Assembly: GCA_030141605.1 (NCBI GenBank)
Contig: JAQGDQ010001326.1
Location: 1-47,140 of the forward strand
Direction: 5' to 3'
From: Tubiluchus corallicola
Taxonomy: Eukaryota > Animalia > Priapulida
DNA length: 47,140 bases
A program made the position numbers and the translations under genes. Positions 1 to 45,674 of the stretch are shown one piece after another (position 1 is the first letter of the stretch; every line of letters starts with the position of its first letter). Below the pieces are notes generated by a model, which searched no databases, was not told the DNA's origin, and was given only the letters and a program-made list of their open reading frames with translations.

Positions 1-225
1 CTCTTCATACTCAAAGTATTTTTTTAGTCTTTTTAGCATTGTAATCTACATCGTATGCTTCATTTACCCTAAGTACAAATTGTTTTTGTCGGAATTTCTT
101 TTAGTTGCATTTAAGTTCTTCTGTTAACTTCTTATCTGGTGTTATCAAAATATTTAGTGAACCCTTATAATAAAAAGGCTTTGTTACACTTGATTATGAA
201 GGATGAAAATTTTAAAATATTTCAG

Positions 226-32453
<32,228 letters not shown>

Positions 32454-32497
32454 GTTCTCATGAAGATGATGCGATAAAGTATTGAAAGTTGGCAGTG

Positions 32498-32503
32498 AAT
32501 AAA
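32498..32503 (+). terminator. Candidate polyadenylation signal of the polycystin gene
   Basis: AATAAA 45 nt after the stop, with T-rich sequence downstream. Confidence 0.55.
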
Positions 32504-33411
32504 ATCAAATATTTTTACCATAGTAACATCCACTATGATTTTATTTTTCGCAGTTTCCATTATCTTAAGTGGCGTTTACACAGCATCCGGATGCAGATGC
32601 TTTTTCATATGCAGAACAGCTGCGGAAAAAATCAATAGGAATAGCTGCTGAAAAAGAATAACGCATATACAAGATGCGTAAGACCTACTTTATCTGTTAC
32701 GCACGGCAGCAACGCATCCGCGTACTTCGTAAAAGTGACTTTTTATACTTCCTAACGGCACGTTTTGACCAGGGAGTTACAAGCATCTTGCAAATGTTTG
32801 CAGATTTGAGATGAACATTAGCTGCGAGTTACTCTCTATTCAACGTGCGATGTGTCGGCAATAACTCGCGGAAGTGTTCACACTAGACAGTGGCTCGCAG
32901 TAACTGTCAGTGAGTTTGCTGTACCTTGTGGAGAGTAACTCGCAAAGCAGTTCACACGTGAGAGTTTGCTATCAAAGAGAAAACTCACTACTCTGAACGC
33001 GCATTGAAATTTCCAAGTGAGCGTGGTCATCAGAAAACTTTTTCCTGTTCGCAAAAACACATTTTTTGTACAAAATTACGACATTGTTTCATTTTCGAAG
33101 CTTTCTACAATGACATGTTTGCAGGCTACACATTTTACTGAAACTTTCGCAACAATCCAGGTTTTAGAATAAACCGTGAAATAACATCAGTCAAAACACT
33201 TAACAATGACTGATTGTCTACTGATTCTAATTTTTCCATTTTTGCAAACTGCAGATTTGATTCTATAGTTTAACAGTGGCGGAACAATCTCTTCCATTGT
33301 TCTTGAACGATTTTTATTCTTCAAACAGCAAAAAGTAGAAGAAATAGTTCACATAGACGATCCGTAATCTTTCTGCATTTACAATTCTGTGGTTCTGTGA
33401 TAGATTTAGAT

Positions 33412-33487
33412 ATGTTGCTGTGGATCATCTGTGCTTTAAGTTCAGCGATGTGGACCTTACTACAATGTCCAGCGTTTAGCCTGAAAG
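33412..33487 (+). CDS. Signal-peptide exon of the second gene
   Basis: MLLWIICALSSAMWTLLQCPAFSLK, then the phase-1 donor AAG|gtactt. Confidence 0.65.
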
Positions 33488-36400
33488 GTACTTATACTTT
33501 TGATTATCTTTCTTATAATAAATATTACTGGAAATAAGTGTTAAAGATAAAGTTTACAATTCCACACACACACAACTACTTCGCGAAGCGGATTAGGATT
33601 AGGGTTAGGATTAGGGTTAGGGTTGGTGTTAGGGTTAGGGTTAGGGTTAAGATTAGCAATATGGTTGGGGTGGGTTAGGGTATGGATTAGGGCTGGAGTT
33701 TAGGTTCGGGTATAATAAGTTGTGTGGGGAATTGTAAATTCTTCCCAATATTAATTTCAATGCTGAGCATTTCTGTTTGCATAACAAAAAAGTTTCTTGT
33801 TTCACATATTTGTGCCTATCCATCATCTTATGAGTAAAATAATTCGTTGTATTGTTTGTGTAAAGCTGATTATTGGTGTTTTAGGAATGGCAAAACTATG
33901 AAGAGTCTGATTATAAAACTACACGTTTATTAAACATCAAACACAGTAAATATAACAGATAGTAAAGCCAAGCCCCCTGATCTAGCTTGCTCTCCTTCAA
34001 CTCCCAGACTCAATCTCCTGAGCTGGGCGCATCACAAGGCTTATATCTCGTGCGCTGAGCTTCGATGCATCGACGCCTACGCTTCGATTCTGAATCACTT
34101 GCTCACGAGACACCACGTCTTAACTGGGCTTCATGCCATCATTCATCAACATAATTATCTATCATAATCTAATGTTTTCAACATAGTTCAACAGATCCTC
34201 TTTACTTTATGTAATACAGAAAGGCTCTGCAAGTGGTGAGTGCAAGGTGCAAATGACAGAAATGTTACATTACTTTTGAGAAAACAATTGGCTCATTTAC
34301 AATCCGGAAAAAATAAATTAAACCTTTATACATTAGCAATTTCATCATCATCCAATGAATCATACGTCCAGTGACATGATTCTGCTCACCTTCTTATGCC
34401 AGGACTCCCTGCTCACCGCAATGCCCCAAGTGCATTTATTTCTAAGTGTGGTGAATAAATTTATAAATCAATGATTTTCGATATTTTGGTATAAGAGATT
34501 AACAAGAGGAATGGGCGCCTCGAGTGTTAGTCTCTAACAGGAGGCAGTGGGTCCGCAAGGATCCTAGGCAGTTTTATCGTTTTCTGCTGAGGAAGGGCGA
34601 ATTAACGTCCTACTGTGGTACCTTCTAGTCGGCGTATGTGTCGTACTGTTCACAACTGCAGCAAACTATTGTAACGAGTTAGATTCCGGCACGGGGATGC
34701 CGAGGTAAAGAGTTAGGTTCCGGCACTGGGATGCCGAGGTAATAATAGTAATTAGGGCAATGGAATGCCGAGATGATGAATTAAGATGGCGAGGAATATG
34801 CCACGACATGCACAGGGTGCATTGTAAGTGAATATTGACAAATGGAAGGTCAATTAGGAAGCTGGTAGCTCAGGCAGACAAAGTACTGGTACTGCCACAG
34901 AGTCAGCTAATGTAAGCCTGCAGTTGTGGAATAAGTGGTACATACGTGGTACGAGGATGACAGTCCTCACCTAGCTAGGTGAAGTGTGAATTTTGCTTCT
35001 TTTATAGCACTTCTCTAGTGAACAGGCTAGGCTGGTGAAAACGGTCAAAGTTCATAGAGGGATAGCAAGGTTTCCTATGGATCAGACCGTCGGTTGCCTC
35101 TGGGCGTGAGCCCTTTGGTCCCTATAAGGGATGGGGATGGTTTGCTATGCTAGTGAACTGCAAGCAGGTCATCTTCGTGATCGCTATCGACTGGGTCACC
35201 GGCCGGTAGTCTCACTGATTTGGGGCAGTGAGATTGCTCAATGTACAGTCAGGCCTTAGCAAGCCGAATTGTGAACAGGTGAGCTAAGTCTCTGGGATCG
35301 ACTGAAGCTGAAAAGGTTAAGTCGGGAAGCAGAGAACACAGTGGCACGTAGAGATGCACTGTGTGGAAAGGGGTCCAGCCCGGGTGCGTCCCATACAGGG
35401 GAGCCCAAAGGACCAAAAGCGGCCTGCCTCCCTGATTGCATGAATAAATTTACAGATCGTGCAATAAGGAACTCACTCAGCTGAAAAGCCCGGATTTAAT
35501 GAACTGTAAACAGCGTAGGTTGTCAGAACTAAAAATAGCGTTTACGTCAGGACACTCTAAGATGCTTAAGATAATTAGCTAACATTAAGTCGAGACGGAT
35601 GTACCGTTCATAATGAGCGTTATGCACAGATTGCTAGTAATTAACAAAACTCTGCGAGGTCGTTGTTTTTTGAAGAAAGAACACGGATACGTTTTACGGG
35701 CGTATAATGACTGCGTCTTCAAAACTTGTCCCATAAATTTTGTTGCTTCATACGACGCAGAATTGTGCAAGGTTACTGCAAGGTTACCTCAATGAAATAT
35801 AAGCCCCGGGTTCGAATAACCCAGCGCTCGTTCCACCCGATCGTATTGGAGGAGACACGTGCTGTGTGTACGGTAAAACACACAGAAGGCGATTCGATCA
35901 ACAAGACAACTCCTGAAGTTCAGCGTAGACATCTTTCTGCGTTCCTAGGATAATCTGGGCACTGAGCCGACGAGAAATCTTGTATCAGCTATCGGAATTG
36001 ACCATATTGTATTGTACATTGGGTCAACTCCGCAGAGTTAAGTACTCTTAACATATTGGTAAAACTGAGAATTAACTGTGCATATCGTTGGTAGTTCTTA
36101 TAAGTTCACATTGTACTATAGTGAGAATAAGTGTAAGAGATACACCTTAGGTGATAGGAATTAGGAATTGGAGAATTGTTCAGAGAGGTACTTTTGTGAA
36201 GCTAACAAAATAATTGTGAGCGTCAAAAGCGCTTAAGGACTAAATCTTGTAAGATATACTTAAGCAGTAATTATTGTAAATCAATAAAACAATTCTCTTG
36301 GACATTTAACAATTGAGTTAATGTATATTATCAGTGTTTAACTCAAGCAACACTATTTCCGATATACGAATCTGATTAGTTCGCTTTGTATTAACTATCG

Positions 36401-39400
36401 TCCATATTGCGGGGACATAGCTAGGAAACTTGAGAGATATAGACCTTTCTCACAACGCGAAGGTCAAGGTGAAGTTTAGATAAGACGATCATTGCTTACT
36501 AGACTGATATCCAAAGCTCTCGGAGTCAGGTGAAGGATTCACCTTATAGCATTTAGGAGTTAAGCGAACATATTAAAATTCAATCTATACGATACATAGA
36601 TTTAAGTCACCTTACACTATACGATCTAGATTAACAGAAACATTAGGCATTTGAAAATTAGAAGGTGATATAAGGATCAATGCTGAAGTGTTTAAATCTT
36701 TCTGTGCAAAATCTAAATATGTTAACATTAGCAGTTTATTACAGGTTAATTTGAAAGGATAACAAAAATAAATAAGAATACATTTACAAAGCAACGAAGC
36801 AGCGTTTATGTGCCATGCGGATGGAGCATGTATTTGGGGGGGGGGTGTGGAATAGATAAACTTGCCTTATATTGTTTTCAATGCCCTTGTTTATGCAGCC
36901 TGCGTATATGTTATTCTTTTTCTTCAGCTATTTCTTTTTGGATAGATGGGCACTGATGGTAGATAGACAGATAGGCAGACAGACAGACAGACAGATACAT
37001 AGGTAGATAAATGGGTGGATGGAGATGAGAGAGAGAGAGAGAGAGAAGAGAGAGATAGGGAGGGAGGGATAGGGAAAGAGACAAGGAGAGAGACAGCGAG
37101 AGAGAGAGAGAGAAGGAGAGAGAGCGAGAGAGAGGGAGGGAAAGGGAAAGAGAGAGAGGGGGAGAGGGAGAGGGAGAGAGAGGGAGAGAGAGAGATTTAT
37201 TCTCTGTGAACCAAACTTCTATTATTACCCTTTTTTTCTCCTATGACGTCACTAGAATAGCTATTTAAACTGTACACATCATGCAAAATTGTATTTGTGA
37301 AGTTCTACACCTTGTGTAAAGTTACAAATTAAAAAAATGAATTTAAACTGGCGAAATGAATCTGTGTGTAGCACTAGAAGCATTCCTACACGCAAAAAGC
37401 TTATTAAAAATTGTTCGTAAGAATTTTAATGAATCCTAAATATGGAAAGTGATTCAGCAGATGGCAGCACCATCGACAGGTTGTTCCACATCTGCATGCT
37501 ACATAAAAGCCACTTTAGCCTGACTTATTACCAAATTGCAGATTTCTATTGTATTGTAAAGTGAGAGATAGATTTAATATACTGCTGTAAAAATTGTTCA
37601 AAATAAAGCAAGATTACTGGACAATTTTGATTTTTTTATTACATCTCTGTACAGTTCTGCAGGTTTATAAGATTGTAAAGATTCACGTGTTACAATCTGA
37701 TATGTGAGTATGTCGTCCGTTGAGTGCGCATCTGAAAAAGTAATGGCAAAAGCTTTCTATAAAATCATCGCAGCTGCATTCGGGGTTGTTAATTTATTTC
37801 CTAATTTAAAGGTCTGTGTTTGGGCTTTACGGTTGCAAACAAAGTCATCATTTTACCATCTTCATGTCACGTGACCCTTAGTCATTTACTTCATATCTGA
37901 CACTGAGACGCCATTACCCAAAATTATACATTTTATCTGAAACAAGGTATATAAATTCCTGTAATAAACTAATTCATTTCTTATCAAGATATCGATTATG
38001 ATTAAGTGAAATCAATGAGAGACTTACAGTAAATAACTAAATAAAATTTACATACATCGTTGGCATTAAATCGTGAGTTACACAGAAACACGTCATCACT
38101 TGAACACATTGAAACTTGAATGACCGGAAATTGACTAGGATGCAAATATTGAAGCCAGATGTCGCCACTTGTAACTGTAAAACGCTATATTAAATTCAAC
38201 AAACAAAAATCCTTGACAGTCTGCTTTCAACGAAGAAAACGACATTGCACGTTAATGTATTGCGACAGTTTACTTTTAAGATAACACAAGACATTGTTAA
38301 TACTTTAAAGGCTCTATATATTGTACTACAGGGCTGTGATGAAATGAAATGTAATGCTGGTAGGGGAATACAGTAGACTTCTCAGGTGAAAGTGGCTTTA
38401 TCTAACACAGACTCATATTCTAACCTAGTGTTAGTAAAAGCCATTAGTCACGTGCACACCTGAGCTTATAAAAAGGGAAGGTCTGCTGTAGATCCTTGTC
38501 AGTGGTCGTGTCTTTCATTGCAGCTCTGTTCACATTTCACAGGCTTTGCCGCAAACTCCGTTCTTCTAGGTAAGCTGTTTGTTCCTTAATGGGAATGTGA
38601 TATGTAGTAATAAAATTGCCATTTCGACTCTATTATTCGGGTTTTGTTTTGGTTAAGGTGTTGAAGGACTTAATTGAGACATGCCGCACGGTGTGGGCCG
38701 TGGTGCCATCCGTCCTGCCTCCGTTAAAAGCGGACAGCAGTCCAATATCCAATATTATATTGGTGTCCAGTACGGTGAATGGTTGGCCCTTTATAAGATA
38801 TAGAGTCGTCTGTATTTTTTCAAGATTTAAAATTCAAGATTCAAGAGTTTATTCATTTCCACATTGCATCTTACAATTATCATTTAAAATACAGATAATT
38901 ATCCATTTAAGTAAATATAAATATAAATAAAAATATAAATAAATGCAGTATTATCGAGAAATTACAAAATGCAGCATATACATGTGCAAATTACGTTACA
39001 GAATAATTTTAATCTATCTTGTATCACTTTTTTGTAATATATAGCAAATCCGATGGCGAACTGTGTTTGGAATGAATGGGGTAATTGGAGTGCCTGCAAT
39101 CATGAATGTGGTCTCAGAATCAGAGAACGCAGACAAGTTGATAATTCTACAGGAGATGATGCAGCGTGTACAAAAACAGGTGTGCAGTCATGGCCGTGCA
39201 CGCATCCTGGCTGTAAGTTTTCCAATTTTTTAGATCTTAAGATCTTTTTCTTTTGTTCTTTTCAATCTTTTGCTCCTTCGGTTTATGTCTGAGTCGCCAT
39301 ATGTCTTTTTAAAAACGGTAGTAAGCCTTTTCACCGTTCCGGTGATTGATGATGATCGTGAAAAGGTCAAAGGTTAAGTGTACCAGACAACGTACTTGTG

Positions 39401-42400
39401 TACACTTGGCAATGTCTCGGAGCCCATGCTGTTCTAATAGTAACAGTTTTAACAGCTAGAAACTTGCCTAGTTCATTTGTTCTTGTTCCCGAGCAAGATC
39501 CTGCTAGTATGCACAAAGTAATGCATAATTAAGTAATGTCCACGTAAAACAAATGAAGTTACTGAATTGATGCGGTATGGCTTTGCTTTACCTACGTGTC
39601 ACATGACGGTTGTAGTTAAGATGCGTTGCTGTGGTACACTTAACTGTTGCCCTACAGCAATTGCGCGTGCGCACAACGATACTGTGGAAAGACATATTGG
39701 CGAAACCTATATGCATTAGTTGGATCTTCATTGCACTTTAATTTTACTAATTTTATGAAAGATGTTCAAACCCTCAATACTGAAAGGGAAGTGCTAAAGA
39801 GATTTGAAATATAAAGTTGTGTCGTTTGTTCAAATAAATATGTGCAAAGTGTTCATACTGTTCTGCAGCATTTGTGGGGTAGAGGATGCCACTAAAATTT
39901 TTCTAATTGGGACCCGCACTAAGCACTTGCTAGTACCGGCCATGATTAATTTTAGAACTAGGTGTAATACAATCGAACCTCGTTATAACGCCCCACCCCC
40001 ACCCCTTATAGTGCCAACCTCGTTTAACAAATTTTTTGCAAAGCAAATGTCTATATTTAAGTAGAGATCCATGTATTAATGTACCTCAATATAATGCCAA
40101 ACTCACTTAACGCCAATTGTTTTTGCATGACCTGAGTACGTGGTATAAAGACTTTCAACTGTATTAGCGTGGTAATTACCGGCAAATACGGTACTACTGA
40201 GTCAAGCTAATAATCTGAATGCTAGTAATGAAACTCATTACTATAACAGTGAATGACACTGTAATGTTTAAACCATGCAAATTCTTGCGGTAATGTAAAA
40301 TTTGTTCTTTTGTTCTCGTTTGAAATTTGGAAAATACTGCAGGGAACAGGATGCAAAAGCACATAAAATTATAATCATGCTTTTTCGATGTTTTAAAACA
40401 AAAATACCCCAGCTTTGATCATGACATATAAGTCGTATAGGGGAGACCCTGGTAAAGTGGATCACTTAAGAGTTTTCGCTCATAGAATTCAAAACGTTTG
40501 TCATAAGTCATTTTAAGTCATTTAAGTCATTTATTTCACATTACACATTTACAATAGTTTCATGTACAATATCTAGTGAAAGGGCCTACAATGGATATAA
40601 TACAAATAAGAAATACTGCACAGGAAAAGCCTCAAACACTGTTCACCTGTATACGAACGTAAATGTGATGTGGGCAATCAAAATGTTAGATTGTCCCACA
40701 CAGTGATAGAGAAAAAAAAATCTGAAAATTTAAAGTGAATCGTATGATAAAAAACATTAGTGGTTAAAATGGAATGATGTAATGAATGAAGCTCATATAT
40801 GGGATGATATAAAAGATAGAAAGACTATTATTTGTTAATAGTACGTAAAATTAAAATAAAATAAAAATTTGATCTGTAATAATCAATTATATGCCCTATT
40901 CTTCCATAGGAAACTCTGCTATATTCATGTAGTAAAAACTTATAATTACTATTACTCGTTTAACAGATAATTCCGAAATACGAAACCAAAATTTCTAGGG
41001 CAAAGTGGATCTTTTACGGGCAAAGTGGATCATACCGGAGCGATTGAGCTCAACATAACTAACAATATCTTTTAAATGGATTTGGTCTATTTTGCAAAAG
41101 TAAAGTGATATGAAGCAGCAATGAACCATCCATCATATGTAAAAACAGTAGCGAATAAATCTTCTTCTTCTTCTTCTTCTTCTTCTTCTTCTTCTTCTTC
41201 CAGCTTTTCCCTATTCGGGGTCGCCACTGTGAATGAGTCTTCTCCACGCATTCCTGTTGTTGACCATCTCTTCATTTATGTCTTCAATTCCCACAAGATC
41301 TTCACTGACTCTTCTTTTCAGGTGTCCATACCATCGCAATCTTGCGAGGCTTCCACTACTTTTACTGTTCCTCTGATATTATTATTTCTAATTTTATCTC
41401 TTCTTGTTATTCCCACCATTCATCTCAACATCCTCATCTCCACCACACCCATTTTCTTCTAGTAGCGAATAAATCTGCACTAAGTGGAATTTATCATCAT
41501 GATCTATAAAAGTGAAAAATCGCAAGAAAACTTTACTTTAGTGTACCGCGCTTAGACAAACTTTGCAAAGGTCGAGGTCGTTTATGAAGAGTACACAGTA
41601 AATGATGACGTAACATCACACAGTGCGTAGACCGCGACGCCTTACGGAAAAAAGAGCAAACACATTTGATCCGCTTTGCCCCGTAATCCACTATAACCCG
41701 CTTTATATATATATAATATTATATATATATATATATTAACAGATTGTCTATATAAATATATAAATACAATATATACAATAATACAATTATTATTGTATAT
41801 AATTGTATTATTGTATATATATATTATATTACATGTACATACACACATATGATATATACATGTCAATTTTTATATTATATTATCAACTCATATCAATTTC
41901 CTTGGGAAATGAAAATGAAAGTGTTTGTGCTGTGTTTGCCAAGATAATTTTTGTTTACTATATATTATGCTGAGTATATATATATATATATATGTATATA
42001 TATGCGTACGAAAAAAATATAAAATTATACTATATGTAAAATTACAGCATATATATATATAGATATATATACCTATATATATAAAACTCGTAATTACAGT
42101 ATATATATATATATATATATAATTACAGTACATATATATAGTATCTATACTGTAATTACGAGTTTATATTTGTGCAGTTTCCTTTAATTGTACTATTGTT
42201 TTGAAGGAATAAACACAATACAATACAATGGCAACACACATCGACACTTCGACCTAATGATGCTTTGCGATAAGATACGTTAAAACAGATGCAAATAATA
42301 CTTGAAAACATTTAATCTACAAAGTTATTTGAATAGTGTCCTTGTTTTCTATTTTGTAAGGCAATTGGAAATGGCACATCGGTTGCAGAAAGAGTTGGGC

Positions 42401-45175
42401 ACCTGGCAAACAACTTAAAGCAACTCAAGATAAGTCAATATTCGAAGATGTTGTAAAAAACCCTCTGCAGTGCTCCAGATTTTGTTTCCGTAAAGATTTC
42501 CCATTTTCGTTGATCACTCCTGGACAATGTTGGTGCGTAAATGCTCTGAGAACAACTACGAAAGGCTGCAAGAAATGCAACACCAAGTATGGTCAAGACC
42601 TTGGGTGTGGTATGGGTGGTCAACAATTAGCCTATAGTACATACAACACAAGTAAGTGTAAAAAATACGAAAATAAGCAGCCGAAACTCGACTCTCAAGT
42701 TCCTCCTGATGACTCCAAAAACCTGTATTTGTATTTGTTTTTTGTCTTCCTTACTCCTTTCATAACACATTCCTTGAAAAATATTATAACTGTACGTATA
42801 CAAAATTTCTCTCCATTAATACAAACTATTTTATGATTATAATTACAAACCTACAAAAATGAGAATATAATCACCTCTCAAAAAACTAAAACTATAATAT
42901 GTAAACCTACTCATTTGACCTTCTTTCTCCAAACTGTTTTTAGCGCTATCCTGTTCTTACTGACCTACCTAACTTTTCCTTTTTCACATTTATTAAATAA
43001 TTCTTTTCTCTCTAGTACAAACTACATAAACTAACAAATGCCAGGTGCCACTTGCTGGTCGGCCGCTGCTTAGCGATATACTTCAGTGCAACCTAAAGAC
43101 AGCTGCTCGCATCTAGCATTACCACTTTGATTATCGCATTTCTAGGACCAATTTTTACTTTGGTTTTCATAAACAAAAATACGAAAATGTATAAATCTTG
43201 ACTTCACAACAGATAGTCCTGAATTAACTAAGAATATTAGTTAAATAAACTATGTAAAATGTTTCTGCAGAGCTACTGCTGTCATCATTAGAGGTAAATT
43301 TTTACAAACATGCAACCAGTTTATATAGGCAGAGCCTACAACAGAGCATTGGTTGGTTGGCATCCTTCTGTCTCGGAAGACAATGGAGTGTGCGCCAAGA
43401 GAGTCACTTATTGATCACATTGATGGAGCTGCAGCGTCGACTGTGGCTGAGCAGTCCGATCCTTGAACGTCTCCAGGGCGCACGCCTGGGCAAGGTGTGT
43501 GGAGATCCTGAGTTGCCCAGACAACAGGAACCCCCTCTCTTCCTCCCTGGTGTAGTCCAAAGGAAAGCGATACGTTTGGCACCAGGTTGGCTGCAGGAGC
43601 TGCCAGAGTCAATGAGCATGCTGCACTGGTCCGCCTTCGGGCTCCACTCCTGATTTGGAAGGTTTACTCCTCTACACATGGCCGTTGGGTCACTTGACTT
43701 ACTCCGCCCTCTAGCCGTTGGCTGCTTGTGCAGCTCCTCCGCCTAGTGTCAAGACACAGTGTGGGCATCCCGCAAGCCTACAGCACCTCGTATTCCTAGG
43801 TGGTCACCCATCCAAGAACTAACCAGGCTTTACCTTGATTAGCTTCGGTGGTCAGAGGATAACCAGTATTTCAACGTGATTTGACCGTAGTCAGAACATT
43901 ATGCACTAATTAATTTTGTAGTTAACAGAAGCCAAGTACGTAATGAATAACCAGATCAGGAAATGAAATTGCTACTGGTTTGCTTATTCATCACCCAATT
44001 TGCTTCTGTTAGATAAACAATTATTGCATTATGTTCTATACTGTAGGCTCTGCCTAGATAAACTGGTTGTATGTTTGTAAAAATTTACCACTGGTGATGA
44101 CACCAGTAGCTCTGTCGAAACGTTTGGCAACATTTTTAACTATGTAAGTTAAAAGTTTTAATAAAGTTGTGTTTTTTTAACTATAAATATTTTTTAGTGC
44201 CTGTAATGAAAAAATTAGTTTGTATTTATGTTATAAATTTGGAATGAATAAATATAATAAAATAAATGCCAGCTGAGGAATCGAACTCGTAAAAGAAAAG
44301 TAATTTGATTTATTTGATTTTCAGCATTCACGAATCCTTGCTTGGAAAATCCTTGCGTAAACAGTGGCACATGTAATCCCAATCCAGAGCAAGCTGGTTA
44401 TATTTGTAACTGCACGTTAAGATATACAGATGAACATTGTGCTACAGGTATAAATAATGAACATTTTAATGCACGTTAAGATATACAGATGAACATTGTG
44501 CTACAGGTATAAATAATGGACATTTTAATGCACGTTAAGATATACAGATGAACATTGTGCTACAGGTATAAATAATTAACATTTTAATGCACGTTAAGAT
44601 ATACAGATGAACATTGTGCTACAGGTATAAATAATGAACATTTTAATGCACGTTAAGATATACAGATGAACATTGTGCTACAGGTATAAATAATGAACAT
44701 TTTAATGCACGTTAAGATATACAGATGAACATCGTGCTACAGGTATAAATAATGAACATTTTAATGCACGTTAAGGTATACAGATGAACATTGTGCTACA
44801 GGTATAAATAATGAACATTTTAATGCACGTTAAGATATACAGATGAACATTGTGCTACAGGTATAAATAATGAACATTTTAATTCACGTTAAGATATACA
44901 GATGAATATTGTGCTACAGGTATAAATAATGAACATTTTAATTCACGTTAAGATATACAGATGAATATTGTGCTACAGGTATAAATAATGGACATTTTAA
45001 TGCACGTTAAGATATACAGATGAATATTGTGCTACAGGTATAAATAATGAACATTTTAGTGCTTTATTGAGAAATGATTTCTCCAAACATATAAATGACT
45101 GCATCTAGTTTTATGATTTGGCCTCGATGAACTGCACAAATTTTTAAGATGTAAGACAACTACTTAATGTTGCTG

Positions 45176-45228
<53 letters not shown>

Positions 45229-45356
45229 GCTCCTACTGCTACTGCTACTACTGCTACTGCTGCTACTACTACTACTACTACTTCTGCTCCTACTACTTCT
45301 GCTCCTACTACAGCTGCTACTACTACTACTGCTGTTGCTGCTGCTGCTACTGCTGC

Positions 45357-45387
<31 letters not shown>

Positions 45388-45391
45388 ACTG

Positions 45392-45464
<73 letters not shown>

Positions 45465-45610
45465 CACTACCACTACCACTACCACTACCACTACCACTAC
45501 CACTACCACCACCACCACCACCACCACCACCACCACCACCACCACCACCACCACCACCACCACCACCACCACCACCACCACCACCACCACCACTACCACT
45601 ACCACTACCA

Positions 45611-45641
<31 letters not shown>

Positions 45642-45642
45642 G

Positions 45643-45674
<32 letters not shown>

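Larger units (their letters stand above)
43257..44125. mobile_element. Palindromic Penelope-like remnant interrupted by a SINE
   Basis: 43257-43350 plus 43893-43960 is the imperfect reverse complement of about 43970-44125. Each outer end carries a hammerhead-like motif. Confidence 0.65.

Noticed and set aside
33877-34151. Possible minus-strand solo LTR
   Set aside because: TGTT...AACA ends and TATA/AATAAA-like words are present, but I found no convincing TSD.
37654-37703. AG/GT-bounded segment as an extra exon of gene 2
   Set aside because: I could not fit it into a stop-free, phase-compatible chain with the neighbouring exons.
40438-41702. Possible TIR element with AAAGTGGATC repeats hosting the RTE fragment
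   Set aside because: The inverted motifs are visible, but boundaries and TSD could not be fixed.
43774-43892. Functional 5S rRNA gene
   Set aside because: Many substitutions, no oligo-T terminator, and embedded in a TSD-flanked SINE.
44266-44290. tRNA-like B-box on the minus strand (GAGTTCGATTCC)
   Set aside because: Only a T-arm-like fragment, with no cloverleaf.
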